Below, in pieces: positions 10,089-20,759 of a DNA stretch of 34,595 bases (position 1 is its first letter; the number at the start of each line of letters is the position of its first letter). The notes under the pieces are model-generated. The model saw only the letters and a program-made list of their open reading frames with translations. It was not told the DNA's origin and did not search any database. A program made the position numbers and the translations under genes. This DNA comes from Octopus bimaculoides (taxonomy: Eukaryota), in the NCBI RefSeq assembly GCF_001194135.2, contig NC_068991.1, forward strand, positions 65,911,384 to 65,945,978. The letters are read 5' to 3'.

Positions 10089-11034
10089 TATATATATATA
10101 TATNNNNNNNNNNNNNNNNNNNNNNNNNNNNNNNNNNNNNNNNNNNNNNNNNNNNNNNNNNNNNNNNNNNNNNNNNNNNNNNNNNNNNNNNNNNNNNNNN
10201 NNNNNNNNNNNNNNNNNNNNNNNNNNNNNNNNNNNNNNNNNNNNNNNNNNNNNNNNNNNNNNNNNNNNNNNNNNNNNNNNNNNNNNNNNNNNNNNNNNNN
10301 NNNNNNNNNNNNNNNNNNNNNNNNNNNNNNNNNNNNNNNNNNNNNNNNNNNNNNNNNNNNNNNNNNNNNNNNNNNNNNNNNNNNNNNNNNNNNNNNNNNN
10401 NNNNNNNNNNNNNNNNNNNNNNNNNNNNNNNNNNNNNNNNNNNNNNNNNNNNNNNNNNNNNNNNNNNNNNNNNNNNNNNNNNNNNNNNNNNNNNNNNNNN
10501 NNNNNNNNNNNNNNNNNNNNNNNNNNNNNNNNNNNNNNNNNNNNNNNNNNNNNNNNNNNNNNNNNNNNNNNNNNNNNNNNNNNNNNNNNNNNNNNNNNNN
10601 NNNNNNNNNNNNNNNNNNNNNNNNNNNNNNNNNNNNNNNNNNNNNNNNNNNNNNNNNNNNNNNNNNNNNNNNNNNNNNNNNNNNNNNNNNNNNNATATAT
10701 ATATATATACATATAAATGTGTGTATGCATCATAAATATAGATAGAAAGAGAGAGAAAGAGAGAGAGGGGAGAGAAAGAAAGAAAGAGAGAGAGGGGGGA
10801 GGGAGAGGGAAAATAAGATAAAGTAAGACCGAATTAGTTCATAGTGAAAATCAATTTGTTTGACGTTCAGAGATATGGAAAGAGTTAATTATGACGTTTC
10901 GGACGTTCTGAATAAGGTGTGCGGTAGAAAGAGGAGAAGAAAGGTTAGTAAAAAATTGCTTACTAGTTTCAGCTTGTCTTTCTGAGGCGATGATTCTATT
11001 GGAGACTGATGAAGGGAGGTGAATATTGATGTGT

Positions 11035-12090
11035 CGTGTTCAAGTGGAAGCAAATTTGTGCAGCTGAAATTTCCACTCTTACTAAGAGTAGTTCGCCTTC
11101 AACGCAATATCATCTATAAAATCTATATCTGCTATTGTTTCAGCTGGATGACTTGGTCTGTTCCCTTTGGTGAGTGTGAAGTCACTTGATTGATCAGTTA
11201 TCGCCATTCTCATATTTTAATCCAGAGGTCACCAAACGTTTTTCACAGCGAGCCAGATAACTGAGAGAATAATGAGTGTGGACCGCATAACCATTTTGTT
11301 CAATACAATACAATACAGTGAATACACAAAAAAATAAAAGACAATCAACATATTTATTTACCAAAATGCTATCAAAGAAGGCGACGTTAGCAATTAGATA
11401 GATATCTCACACTCAGTGCGCACAAATCCGAATCTCACAAACTAAGCAGCAAAAAAGGCTAGAAGGATTTGTGAAACTGGTGTTTAGCTTTTAAGATATC
11501 ATCAATATTTGCTTTGGAATTGCTGCATCCAACCAAAAGAATTGCTTTCAAATGTCCATCAGTCAACCTCGTTCGATGTGCTGACTTTACATACTTCATT
11601 TTTGAAAATGTTTGCTCACAGACATAAGTTGTTCCAAACACTGATGCCATACCAGAGGCAAATGAACTCTCATTGTAGGTACTTACGCAAAAGGTACAGT
11701 GCGACAGCGGGCCGGATCCGGCCCGTGGACCGTAGTTTGGTGACCGCTGTTTTAATCTAATTCTATTAGGAATAGGCAAGCTGCCAAAACGACTTCTTGG
11801 AACATTTCTGCAACAATTTCGCAATAAAAAAAACAAACACCGAATCTCTGTGACTCTATCTGGTACTAGTATCGAGTTATATCCTTGCAGAGAGTTTTAA
11901 TGGTATCTACATTCTCTTTGGAACGTCAAACGCCTTTAGAATTTGCGTTAAACCAAATTTTGAAATCTACGAAAGTTAGTATCGCTTACAGATTCTTATC
12001 CCTTACTTCCGCTAATAGTCTTCGCTAAGAATCTCTAAAACTCTCTGCTCTGTTGTGGAACGATCTGATCGGAATCCACTTTCAGGTTTA
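11035..12090 (-). mobile_element. RTE-clade LINE reverse-transcriptase fossil, split by a hAT insertion
   Basis: Minus-strand pieces in RT order: GFRSDRSTTEQ; RRLLAEVRDKNL*AILTFVDFK; QILKAFDVPK; EIVAEMFQEVVLAACLFLIELD; then, after the hAT, MRMAI..DFTLTKGNRPSHPAETIADIDFIDDIAL and ELLLVRVEISAAQICFHLN. Confidence 0.75.
11223..11749 (-). mobile_element. hAT (Buster/Charlie/SPIN-OC1 group) internally deleted element
   Basis: TIRs cagaggtcaccaaac / gtttggtgaccgctg. Perfect 8-bp TSD TTTTAATC (11215-11222 and 11750-11757, nnnTAnnn pattern). Retains the hAT C-terminal dimerisation segment SVFGTTYVCEQTFSKMKYVKSAHRTRLTDGHL. Confidence 0.92.
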
Positions 12091-12242
12091 GCTATAAGCG
12101 AGGACTGATTCTTCACTGTAACATGCTGTAAATTTTCGCAAAGGTCAAGACTATTTTGCGTACATCATTCTGCACCTACAAACATACATGGTTTGTTTCA
12201 GTCCATGTCGTTGACTTATTTCGATTATTCCTCTCAGTGTAT

Positions 12243-12466
12243 TATTTCTTTACTACCCACAAGGGGCTACACACAGAGGGGACAAACAAGAACAGACAAA
12301 CGGATTAAGTCGATTATACCGACCCCAGTGCGTAACTGGTACTTATTTAATCGACCCCGAAAGGATGAAAGGCAAAGTCGACCTCGGCGGAATTTGAACT
12401 CAGAACGTAGCGGCAGACGAAATACCGCTTAGCATTTCGCCCGGCGTGCTAACGTTTCTGCCAGCT
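12243..12466 (-). mobile_element. SINE family C (tail variant a), near full length
   Basis: Well-preserved body; head ends at the gap (gctaacgtttctgccagct). Confidence 0.88.
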
Positions 12467-12476
12467 NNNNNNNNNN

Positions 12477-12820
12477 TTTGTACACCCCTAAAAGATTTTA
12501 GTAAAATTGCCATTACTCTGATAATATTGAAGGAAATGAAACGAAATTTATACTGAATAAAATATATTATACATGCAAAACATTTTCAAAGATATGAACG
12601 AAATATTAATTTGTTATATTCAATATTTTTTACTAAATTCAGATATTGATGACAATTTCAATTCTAATAAATTATTTCTCGTAGCATTTTTGCACAGGTC
12701 ATTGTTATTGCGTCTGTAGGAATTCTGATTTGTGTACCGTGGTGAAAATCTTCATTGTGATTAAAATGGTACCAAAAAGGAAAAGAATTGTCTGAAGATT
12801 TGAAGAAAATTATTTTTTAA
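12477..12820 (+). mobile_element. Tc1-family transposon 5' end fragment
   Basis: tttgtacacccct TIR-like motif next to the gap. ATG at 12766 reads MVPKRK/ELSEDLKKII with one extra base, resembling a Tc1 transposase N-terminus. Confidence 0.6.
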
Positions 12821-12848
12821 TTTGCACTAGAATAGTTTAAAATACAAG

Positions 12849-12872
12849 TTAGGGTTAGGGTTAGGGTTAGGG
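12849..12872 (+). repeat. Interstitial telomeric repeat (TTAGGG)4
   Basis: Four perfect units, followed by a degenerate tttgagttag. Confidence 0.95.
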
Positions 12873-12881
12873 TTTGAGTTA

Positions 12882-13176
12882 GTCGGCTCACGATCGTAAG
12901 GTCGTGAGTTCAATTCCCGGCGACGCGTTGTGTCCTTGAGCAAGACACTTTATTTCACGTTGCTCCAGTCCACTCAGCTGGCAAAAATGAGTAGTACCTG
13001 TACTTCAAAAAAGGGCCAGCTCTGTCACATTCTGTGTCCCGCTGAATCTCCCTGAGAACTACATTAAGGGTACACGTGTCGGTGGATTGCTCAGTCACTT
13101 GCACGTTAATTTCACGAGCAGGCTGTTCCGTTGATCGTATTAGCTGGGACTCTCGTCGTCGTAACCGACGGAGTGC
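12882..13176 (+). mobile_element. SINE family A, near full length
   Basis: B-box-like gagttcaattccc; CORE-like gtgtccttgagcaagacacttt; 3' hairpin cgtcgtcgtaaccgacggagtgc. Confidence 0.88.
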
Positions 13177-13269
13177 TCCTATCCTATACTATACTATATT
13201 ATATTATTTTATTTTATATACTTACCGCTAAATAATTTGAGCAATCTCATATGTATGTTTTTCTTTAAT

Positions 13270-13630
13270 TTTTGCTCCAGTCTTCGGACTGCGGCCATGC
13301 TACAGCACCGCCTTGAACAATTTTACTCCATCAAATCGACCCCAGTGCTTCTTTTTAAATCCTTATTGCATCGGTCCTTTATGCAGAAATCGTTAAGTTA
13401 CGGGACGTAAACGTATCAACACCAGTTGTCAAGTGTGGTGGTGGGGGGATACAAAGATAGACGCACATACCCACATGACGGGTTTCCACACAGTTTCCGT
13501 CTACCAAATTCATTCACAAAGCATTGGTTGGTTCGGGTTTATACTTGTTCAATGTGCCGTGCAGTGGGACTGAATCCGAATCTACAGGGCTGCAAAGCGG
13601 TTTGCTTAACCACATACTTGTACTTGCACC
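13270..13630 (-). mobile_element. SINE family B, degenerate
   Basis: gactgcggccatgc..aatcgaccccag..cagtttccgtctaccaaattcattcacaaagc..gcagtgggactgaatcc. Confidence 0.8.
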
Positions 13631-13668
13631 GATATGTATACACGCTTTTAATTTTTACATGCTCATAA

Positions 13669-13882
13669 GGCGACGAGCAGGCAGAATCGTTAGCACGCCG
13701 AGGCAAAATGCTTACCGCCATTTCGACCTTCCTTATGCTCTAAATTCAAATTCCGCCGAGGTCGACTTTGCCTTTTATCCATTCTGGGTCGTTAAAGTAA
13801 ACACCAGCGGAGCACTGAAGTCGATGCAAGCGTCTTACCCCAACCCCCATAAAATTGCTGGCCTTGTGCCAACATTTGAAAC
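13669..13882 (+). mobile_element. SINE family C (tail variant b)
   Basis: Head ggcgacgagcaggcagaatcgttagcacgcc, body ttcaaattccgccgaggtcgactttgcc, tail ggccttgtgcc. Confidence 0.85.
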
Positions 13883-14870
13883 CAATATTTTCATGCACAT
13901 AATTCTAAGTTAACGCACTGCTATTCTTTCCTGTTATAGGAAAGTTGGTTATACATCATTAGATGTATACCTGACTTTCCTATATAAAATTAAAGAATAT
14001 AACGGAACGCTGAACCTCAGACTATCAACTTAAACAACATTTATTCAGGTGGTAAATATATACATCTTTAGCTCTTGTTGTTACAGCTTCTGTGTGTGTG
14101 AGCATAGTTGTTAGGACGTTGGTATGTAGATGTAAGCGAGCTGTCGAGTGTAAGTCCGAAAGATGGAGAGTGACAGCTAAACACGTCCATGCTCTATTGC
14201 TGGCCAGCAAGAAAGAGACTGTCTCCAGGTTGGAATGCTGGAGACACTGCTTGACACGTCCATGCTCATGGCTGGCCGACCGAGAAAGAGAATGAATTGA
14301 GCGGGAACGCTTGGTTGTTTAATTCCACGCATGCGTGAGACTACGCATGCGCACGGCGTTACTACACTGTATTGATGAAGCTATTCTCGGAATATAAGTT
14401 CCTCGGTCTCTCAGCAACGATTTTCCGTAGCAAAACAACATATGAATTTATACCGTTATTACATTATGTACTAATTAACATATCTAAAAAAAAAACAGAA
14501 ATCTCTCTGAATTGAAAGAGATTTGATGTAATACAATTCCTAGTGCGTTTTGGGAGTATAAATTCTTACATCATTGTATTTAAAGGAAGTCGTTGCTAGG
14601 TTGACGACGATCGAATATAATTTCTGAGGAGCGTTGAATATAAATGAATGAATAATTTTATGTCAACTTACAATTAACATGGGCAATACTTAGATATTGG
14701 CACATGACATCATTCACCCACACAACCTTCCGTCATGACATAGATAAAGAGGCTAGGCTGAAAAAGAAGGTGAATGACGCGTCTCCTCATACAGACACTT
14801 TGTAGACCAATATCGAAGGAATGCTTTAATGTGTATGTATATTATTAAACTGTGAAAGGAGAGAGTCGTT

Positions 14871-14897
14871 AACGTTTCGAGCATAGCTCTTCGTCGG
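14871..14897 (-). ncRNA. Minimal type I hammerhead-ribozyme-like motif in a Penelope-like terminal-repeat fragment
   Basis: Minus strand reads CCGACGA-A-GAGC-UAU-GCUC-GAAACGUU: catalytic core with a U4C change and an extra A, a perfect 4-bp stem II and a palindromic ACGU helix III. Confidence 0.6.
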
Positions 14898-14964
14898 AAA
14901 GAGAGCAGTGCAACGGTAAAGAAGGAAAAATCAGGAAAAATCGCCAAACCAACGTGCGGTTATG

Positions 14965-14976
14965 AGTGTGTGCGTG

Positions 14977-15051
<75 letters not shown>
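14965..15051. repeat. (GT)/(ATCT)/(TA)n microsatellite at a gap edge
   Basis: Directly visible. Confidence 0.95.
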
Positions 15052-15404
15052 NNNNNNNNNNNNNNNNNNNNNNNNNNNNNNNNNNNNNNNNNNNNNNNNN
15101 NNNNNNNNNNNNNNNNNNNNNNNNNNNNNNNNNNNNNNNNNNNNNNNNNNNNNNNNNNNNNNNNNNNNNNNNNNNNNNNNNNNNNNNNNNNNNNNNNNNN
15201 NNNNNNNNNNNNNNNNNNNNNNNNNNNNNNNNNNNNNNNNNNNNNNNNNNNNNNNNNNNNNNNNNNNNNCTGCCGAGAGTTTCTAATGTTACTTGTGTGA
15301 TTGTGTGTTGTTTGTTGTCGGTGAGTGACCTCGACATTTGACAGATTCTATTTTCGCTCATGGAGACGTATACGGTGGCCTTTTACAGATAACAAATCAA
15401 CAAC

Positions 15405-15720
15405 AGCGGACTGTCGGGTGTTGTCGGCTATTCATTCTGGAAAGCATTGACTGAACTTGGAGTTATTGTCTCAGCAAAGAGCGGGGTTATCAATTTCTCA
15501 CTGAAACTGCAAATAAGGCCGCTAAATGGCTTTGGATAAACAGAGCAGACCGATGACCTACTGCTACTGGGATGCTAGCCGGAACTTGACCAACCTTGGC
15601 TGGGTCAACTGGTCGACGGAATCTGATGTTGAAAGGGCCTCAACTTCCTGGGTTCCCAGAAACAAACAGCATTGACGATGCATCCCATAACATCTGCTTA
15701 TCTTAAAACTAAAACTAAAC
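15405..15720 (+). mobile_element. HERO-like (RLE-bearing) non-LTR retrotransposon 3' end
   Basis: With frameshifts: GCRG-like..VGYSFWKALTELGV..FLTETANKAAKWLWINRADR*, stop at 15554-15556. The 3' UTR has hairpin ttgacc..ggtcaa and ctgatgttgaaag, ending in an (aaaact) tail. Confidence 0.65.
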
Positions 15721-15740
15721 ATATATCATATTATGAAATA

Positions 15741-16154
15741 GGCGTAGGAGTGGCTGTGTGGTAAGTAGTTTGCTTACCAACCACATGGTTCCGGGTTCAG
15801 TCCCACTGCGTGGCACCTTGGGCAAGTGTCTTCTACTATAGCCTCGGGTCGACCAAAGCCTTGTGAGTGGATTTGGTAGACGGAAACTGAAAGAAGCCCG
15901 TCGTATATACATGTATATGTATATATATGTGTGTGTGGGTGTTTGGGTGTCTGTATTTGTCCCCCCAACATCGCTTGATAACCGATGATGGTGTGTTTAC
16001 GTCCCCGTAACTTAGCGGTTCGGCAAAAAACCCCGATAGAATAAGTACTAGGCTTCCAAAGAATAAGTTTTGGGGTCGATTTGCTCGACTAAAGGCGGTG
16101 CTCCAGCATGGCCGCAGTCAAATGACTGAAACAATCAAAAGAGTAAAAGAGTAA
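15741..16154 (+). mobile_element. SINE family B, full-length tRNA-derived copy
   Basis: A-box tggctgtgtgg (15751-15761), B-box ggttcagtccc (15794-15804), internal TA/GT microsatellite, (gagtaaaa) tail. Confidence 0.92.
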
Positions 16155-16156
16155 AT

Positions 16157-16310
16157 GGTGAGCTGGCTGTATCGATTGCACACCGGACAAAATGTTTAGC
16201 GACATTTCTTTCGTCGTTACGTTCAGAGATCAAATTCCACCAAGGTCAACTTTGCTCATCATCTTTCGGGGTCCGTAAAATAGGTACCAGTTAAGCATTG
16301 GAGTCAATTC
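16157..16310 (+). mobile_element. SINE family C 5' portion, degenerate
   Basis: ggtgagctggc..caaattccaccaaggtcaactttgc..ctttcggggtc..ggtaccagtt. Confidence 0.75.
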
Positions 16311-16685
16311 TCAAATGAAGTATATACAGTATATGTTAAATAATAAACTAGAGAGTCCAACTGCAGAAATAGAGAAGCATAAATAATTGTATTTTTAAAA
16401 AAAGTCTTGTACCAAATTGGTTTCACCGTTGGCGATTCTTCAGCGAGCAAAGTATCCGTAATTGAAGCAGAGCAGTAACATTAATCTTTGTTTCAAATTT
16501 TCCAAAATTATCGGAATTGAAGATAATTCAAAATTACAAACTATTGTATTACATTTTGAAGATATACATATATATTGCTGTTACAGAACAAAAATGGTTG
16601 CTAGGAGAATCACGATCTAAGTTCTCATAATGACGTTGAAAATAAAAACATGACGTCAGTCAACAACCGATATGCATATTTATAC

Positions 16686-16785
16686 ACCGTATTTTAACAT
16701 ATATAAGGAACCCCCCTTTTTTTTGTCAAAAATTAGGTTTAAAAGACATGGGAGTTTCTTATACATGGATAGTATTATAATCCCT
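16686..16785. mobile_element. Possible pogo/Tc2-type terminal fragment
   Basis: accgtatttt..tataag..cttata pattern resembles termini of this group. No partner end found. Confidence 0.3.
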
Positions 16786-17167
16786 TACAAAACCTTTTTT
16801 CCAAATTTTAGACCTCAAAAATTAAAATACATTAAAATATGGTAAATTAAAATGCATTAAAATACGGTATGTTAAGAGTTTGTATATGTAAGAGTGTAGG
16901 CCTATGTTAGTGGTGAATACGTTGTGTATGTGTGTGTGTGTGTGTACGTGTGTGTGTATGTGTGTGCTTGTGTATATATGAACACAAGTATGTATCATTA
17001 ACACATTAAATTATTCAATACACACACAAGTATATACATATGTATGTATTTTTGTATGTATGTATGTATGTATGTACGTATGTATGTATATGTGCAGATT
17101 TGTATATTTTGTTTTATGAATGTATTCTCATGCATATACTTACATATCTAAACATGCTCATATATAC

Positions 17168-18060
17168 TTAAATGATAAACTTCTGGAAAGTTTTACAGAT
17201 CTTTACAGTTCCAGTGATGGATTGGATCTGTAGTCTTCGAATTAGCTTTCCCGTTTCTGGTTTTGAGAAACCTAATTTCTCAAGATTGGTATTAAGGCAG
17301 TGTGTTATATATCTCATTGTCCCGATAATTACAGGTATAAACCTGAACTTGTAATCTGGTTAGAGTAACTGCAGATTTCTCAGTAGTTCAGCGTAAGTAT
17401 CCTCTTTTTCACTGATCTTCAGCTTTATGTTAACATCTGCTGGATAGCCAATTTCCACCACTGTACACAGTTTCTCTTCTCTATCCCAAATCATTATATC
17501 AGGTCTGTTGTGCTTATATTTTATTGAGGTCTTCACTGGGACATTCCACCAGTATTCCTTTTTATTATGAGTGACTATGGCTTCTACCATACTGTGGATT
17601 CTTATTTCTTTGTCCTCGGTTATCCTTCCAGCGAGTTTCATTATAGAGTGCCTTCGCTACAACATCATGTCTCATCGGTAGATAATACCATGATGACATT
17701 TTCAGACAACTGCTTATGATGTGGGTGATATCTTCAATGTTAACTCCACAAAGTCTGCATCGGTTGTCACATTTTATTGCTTTTCCAGGATCTCTATCTC
17801 TTTTGTGCATCAGATACTGGTTGATATTTCCTGTTCCTGGATTGCAAACGCATACCCTTGAAAGTGGGAGGTAGTAATCCGGCTATTGGTCCATAATGAA
17901 CTGCTTTGATGATTGATGTTACTATCATCTTGGAGCTTTCTACTAACATATCCATGCATAGTCTTCTGCTCATACAGGTTCATCCTTTCATCTGGTGATA
18001 CGTTGCGGTAGAGTTGTGCGACTTCTTTGGGCATGCATTTCTTTAACGCTGTATTTTCTG
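17168..18060 (-). mobile_element. Second, distinct R4/Dong-clade non-LTR 3' fragment (zinc knuckle + RLE)
   Basis: MHGYV..GYAFAIQEQEIST; CRLCGVNIEDITHIISSC..RHDVVAKALY; YWWNVPVKT..HNRPDIMIWDREEKLCTVVEI..EKEDTY; IPVIIG..SITGTVKICKTF; stop at 17168-17170. Confidence 0.88.
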
Positions 18061-18187
18061 AGACGCTTTTTAAAATTTCGGCTTCTCAATCATTACTAGA
18101 AACATACGGATCTCACATGAGGCATGAAAACCCACTGAAACAGCTTGCGTATAATGAGAATGAAAATGTGTGTATGCTTCGAAGTGT

Positions 18188-18239
<52 letters not shown>

Positions 18240-18923
18240 NNNNNNNNNNNNNNNNNNNNNNNNNNNNNNNNNNNNNNNNNNNNNNNNNNNNNNNNNNNNN
18301 NNNNNNNNNNNNNNNNNNNNNNNNNNNNNNNNNNNNNNNNNNNNNNNNNNNNNNNNNNNNNNNNNNNNNNNNNNNNNNNNNNNNNNNNNNNNNNNNNNNN
18401 NNNNNNNNNNNNNNNNNNNNNNNNNNNNNNNNNNNNNNNNNNNNNNNNNNNNNNNNNNNNNNNNNNNNNNNNNNNNNNNNNNNNNNNNNNNNNNNNNNNN
18501 NNNNNNNNNNNNNNNNNNNNNNNNNNNNNNNNNNNNNNNNNNNNNNNNNNNNNNNNNNNNNNNNNNNNNNNNNNNNNNNNNNNNNNNNNNNNNNNNNNNN
18601 NNNNNNNNNNNNNNNNNNNNNNNNNNNNNNNNNNNNNNNNNNNNNNNNNNNNNNNNNNNNNNNNNNNNNNNNNNNNNNNNNNNNNNNNNNNNNNNNNNNN
18701 NNNNNNNNNNNNNNNNNNNNNNNNNNNNNNNNNNNNNNNNNNNNNNNNNNNNNNNNNNNNNNNNNNNNNNNNNNNNNNNNNNNNNNNNNNNNNNNNNNNN
18801 NNNNNNNNNNNNNNNNNNNNNNNNNNNNNNNNNNNNNNNNNNNNNNNNNNNNNNNNNNNNNNNNNNNNNNNNNNNNNNNNNNNNNNNNNNNNNNNNNNNN
18901 NNNNNNNNNNNNNNNNNNNNNNN

Positions 18924-18957
<34 letters not shown>

Positions 18958-19155
18958 GATGTATAACCACATCCGCTTGTCCGAGGGATACAGTTCTATA
19001 TACATATGTGTGTGTGTAGGCAAATCAAAAATAAAAACAGGAAAAACAATGAAAATCGAGAGGACGTAGACAGTGAATGCATTAGATTGACGAATAAAGA
19101 AAGTTTAGGATGTGAAAAAAAAAGAAAAAAAAATGTGGGTGTGAAAAAAAAATGT

Positions 19156-19182
19156 GACGTTTCGAGTATAGCTCTTTGTCAG
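19156..19182 (-). ncRNA. Second, degenerate hammerhead-like motif of the same repeat family
   Basis: Minus strand CUGACAA-A-GAGC-UAU-ACUC-GAAACGUC; G8A change and one stem II mismatch. Confidence 0.5.
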
Positions 19183-19992
19183 AAAAGGGAAAGAGGAAAG
19201 AGGAAAAAGTCGTTACATTGGCTGAAAAGTAACTGACCGAAATTGGAGACGGATAAAGAAAGTGGCTTTTGAAGGTAGGAGAGTGCAGAAATGGCCAGTG
19301 TGTGTGTGCGCGTACGCGTATGTACGTGTGTATGAGATAAGTATGAATGTATACACACACACATATATATATATACATACATACACACACACACACATAT
19401 ATAGATATATGTATANNNNNNNNNNNNNNNNNNNNNNNNNNNNNNNNNNNNNNNNNNNNNNNNNNNNNNNNNNNNNNNNNNNNNNNNNNNNNNNNNNNNN
19501 NNNNNNNNNNNNNNNNNNNNNNNNNNNNNNNNNNNNNNNNNNNNNNNNNNNNNNNNNNNNNNNNNNNNNNNNNNNNNNNNNNNNNNNNNNNNNNNNNNNN
19601 NNNNNNNNNNNNNNNNNNNNNNNNNNNNNNNNNNNNNNNNNNNNNNNNNNNNNNNNNNNNNNNNNNNNNNNNNNNNNNNNNNNNNNNNNNNNNNNNNNNN
19701 NNNNNNNNNNNNNNNNNNNNNNNNNNNNNNNNNNNNNNNNNNNNNNNNNNNNNNNNNNNNNNNNNNNNNNNNNNNNNNNNNNNNNNNNNNNNNNNNNNNN
19801 NNNNNNNNNNNNNNNNNNNNNNNNNNNNNNNNNNNNNNNNNNNNNNNNNNNNNNNNNNNNNNNNNNNNNNNNNNNNNNNNNNNNNNNNNNNNNNNNNNNN
19901 NNNNNNNNNNNNNNNNNNNNNNNNNNNNNNNNNNNNNNNNNNNNNNNNNNNNNNNNNNNNNNNNNNNNNNNNNNNNNNNNNNNNNNNNNNNN

Positions 19993-20031
<39 letters not shown>

Positions 20032-20369
20032 TTCGAGGATAAGTTCATAACATGAATTTACAAATTTATACAGTTGCATTTTGTAGCATAAAATGATGAA
20101 ACAGGCGCGTTTATGGCTAAGACATATAACCCTCCTCTCTCTCTTTACTTCTCTCACATGTGAGCGTGCAGACAGATACATCCGTATTTGTGCATGCGCG
20201 TATCTGTGTCTGTGACTATCTTTGTCTTATGTTTGCTTGTTTGTTTATTTTTTCTTATTTCCCGTAGCCCGAATATTTCGAACTTTGTACATATAATATT
20301 AGCAAGCAAAGGGGAAACAAACTGCACCGAAAGTGAAAGGAAGGTACCAATTGTCGTCACGTACGTATA

Positions 20370-20445
20370 TGTGCCTATGCACCTCTGTGCCTATGCACCT
20401 CTGTGCCTATGCACCACTGTGCCAATGTGCCTCTGTACCCATGTG
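20370..20445 (+). repeat. 16-bp minisatellite (tgtgcctatgcacctc), about 5 decaying units
   Basis: Directly visible. Confidence 0.85.
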
Positions 20446-20759
20446 CAGTATATGTATAGCTAGATGTGTGCGTGTGTGTATGTGTGAGGGAGAGAGGTGG
20501 GGAAGTGCTCGTGTTTTATACTAAAGTTGATTTTGTAGGTATTATTTTCTTTTGCGTCTTCTATCGCGAAAATATTCTGTTTATTAATTAAAAAAACCCA
20601 TTAAACTGAAATAAATCATTCGCATTTTACGATGGATTAGTCACTTTTTTATCGATTTTTGCTGATTATTAACAATTATTTGTTTGTCTTTTATTTTTAT
20701 TTGCGCCAGGTTGTTTCATTTTGGCCGCCATTTTATATGTACAAACTTCGAGACATAAC

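Noticed and set aside
11459-11836. ORF resembling GTF2IRD2/EPM2AIP1/ZBED domesticated genes
   Set aside because: The homologous part lies between TIRs with a perfect TSD and lacks the catalytic core. It is a deleted transposon, and the ORF start lies outside the element.
15741-15815. tRNA gene
   Set aside because: A/B boxes are present but there is no full cloverleaf, and the sequence continues into a multi-copy SINE body.
20690-20740. Strong-looking acceptor (ttttatttgcgccag|g) and YY1-like ggccgccatttt
   Set aside because: The downstream sequence is a decayed SINE/MITE with no ORF or good donor. Such motifs are common in repeats.
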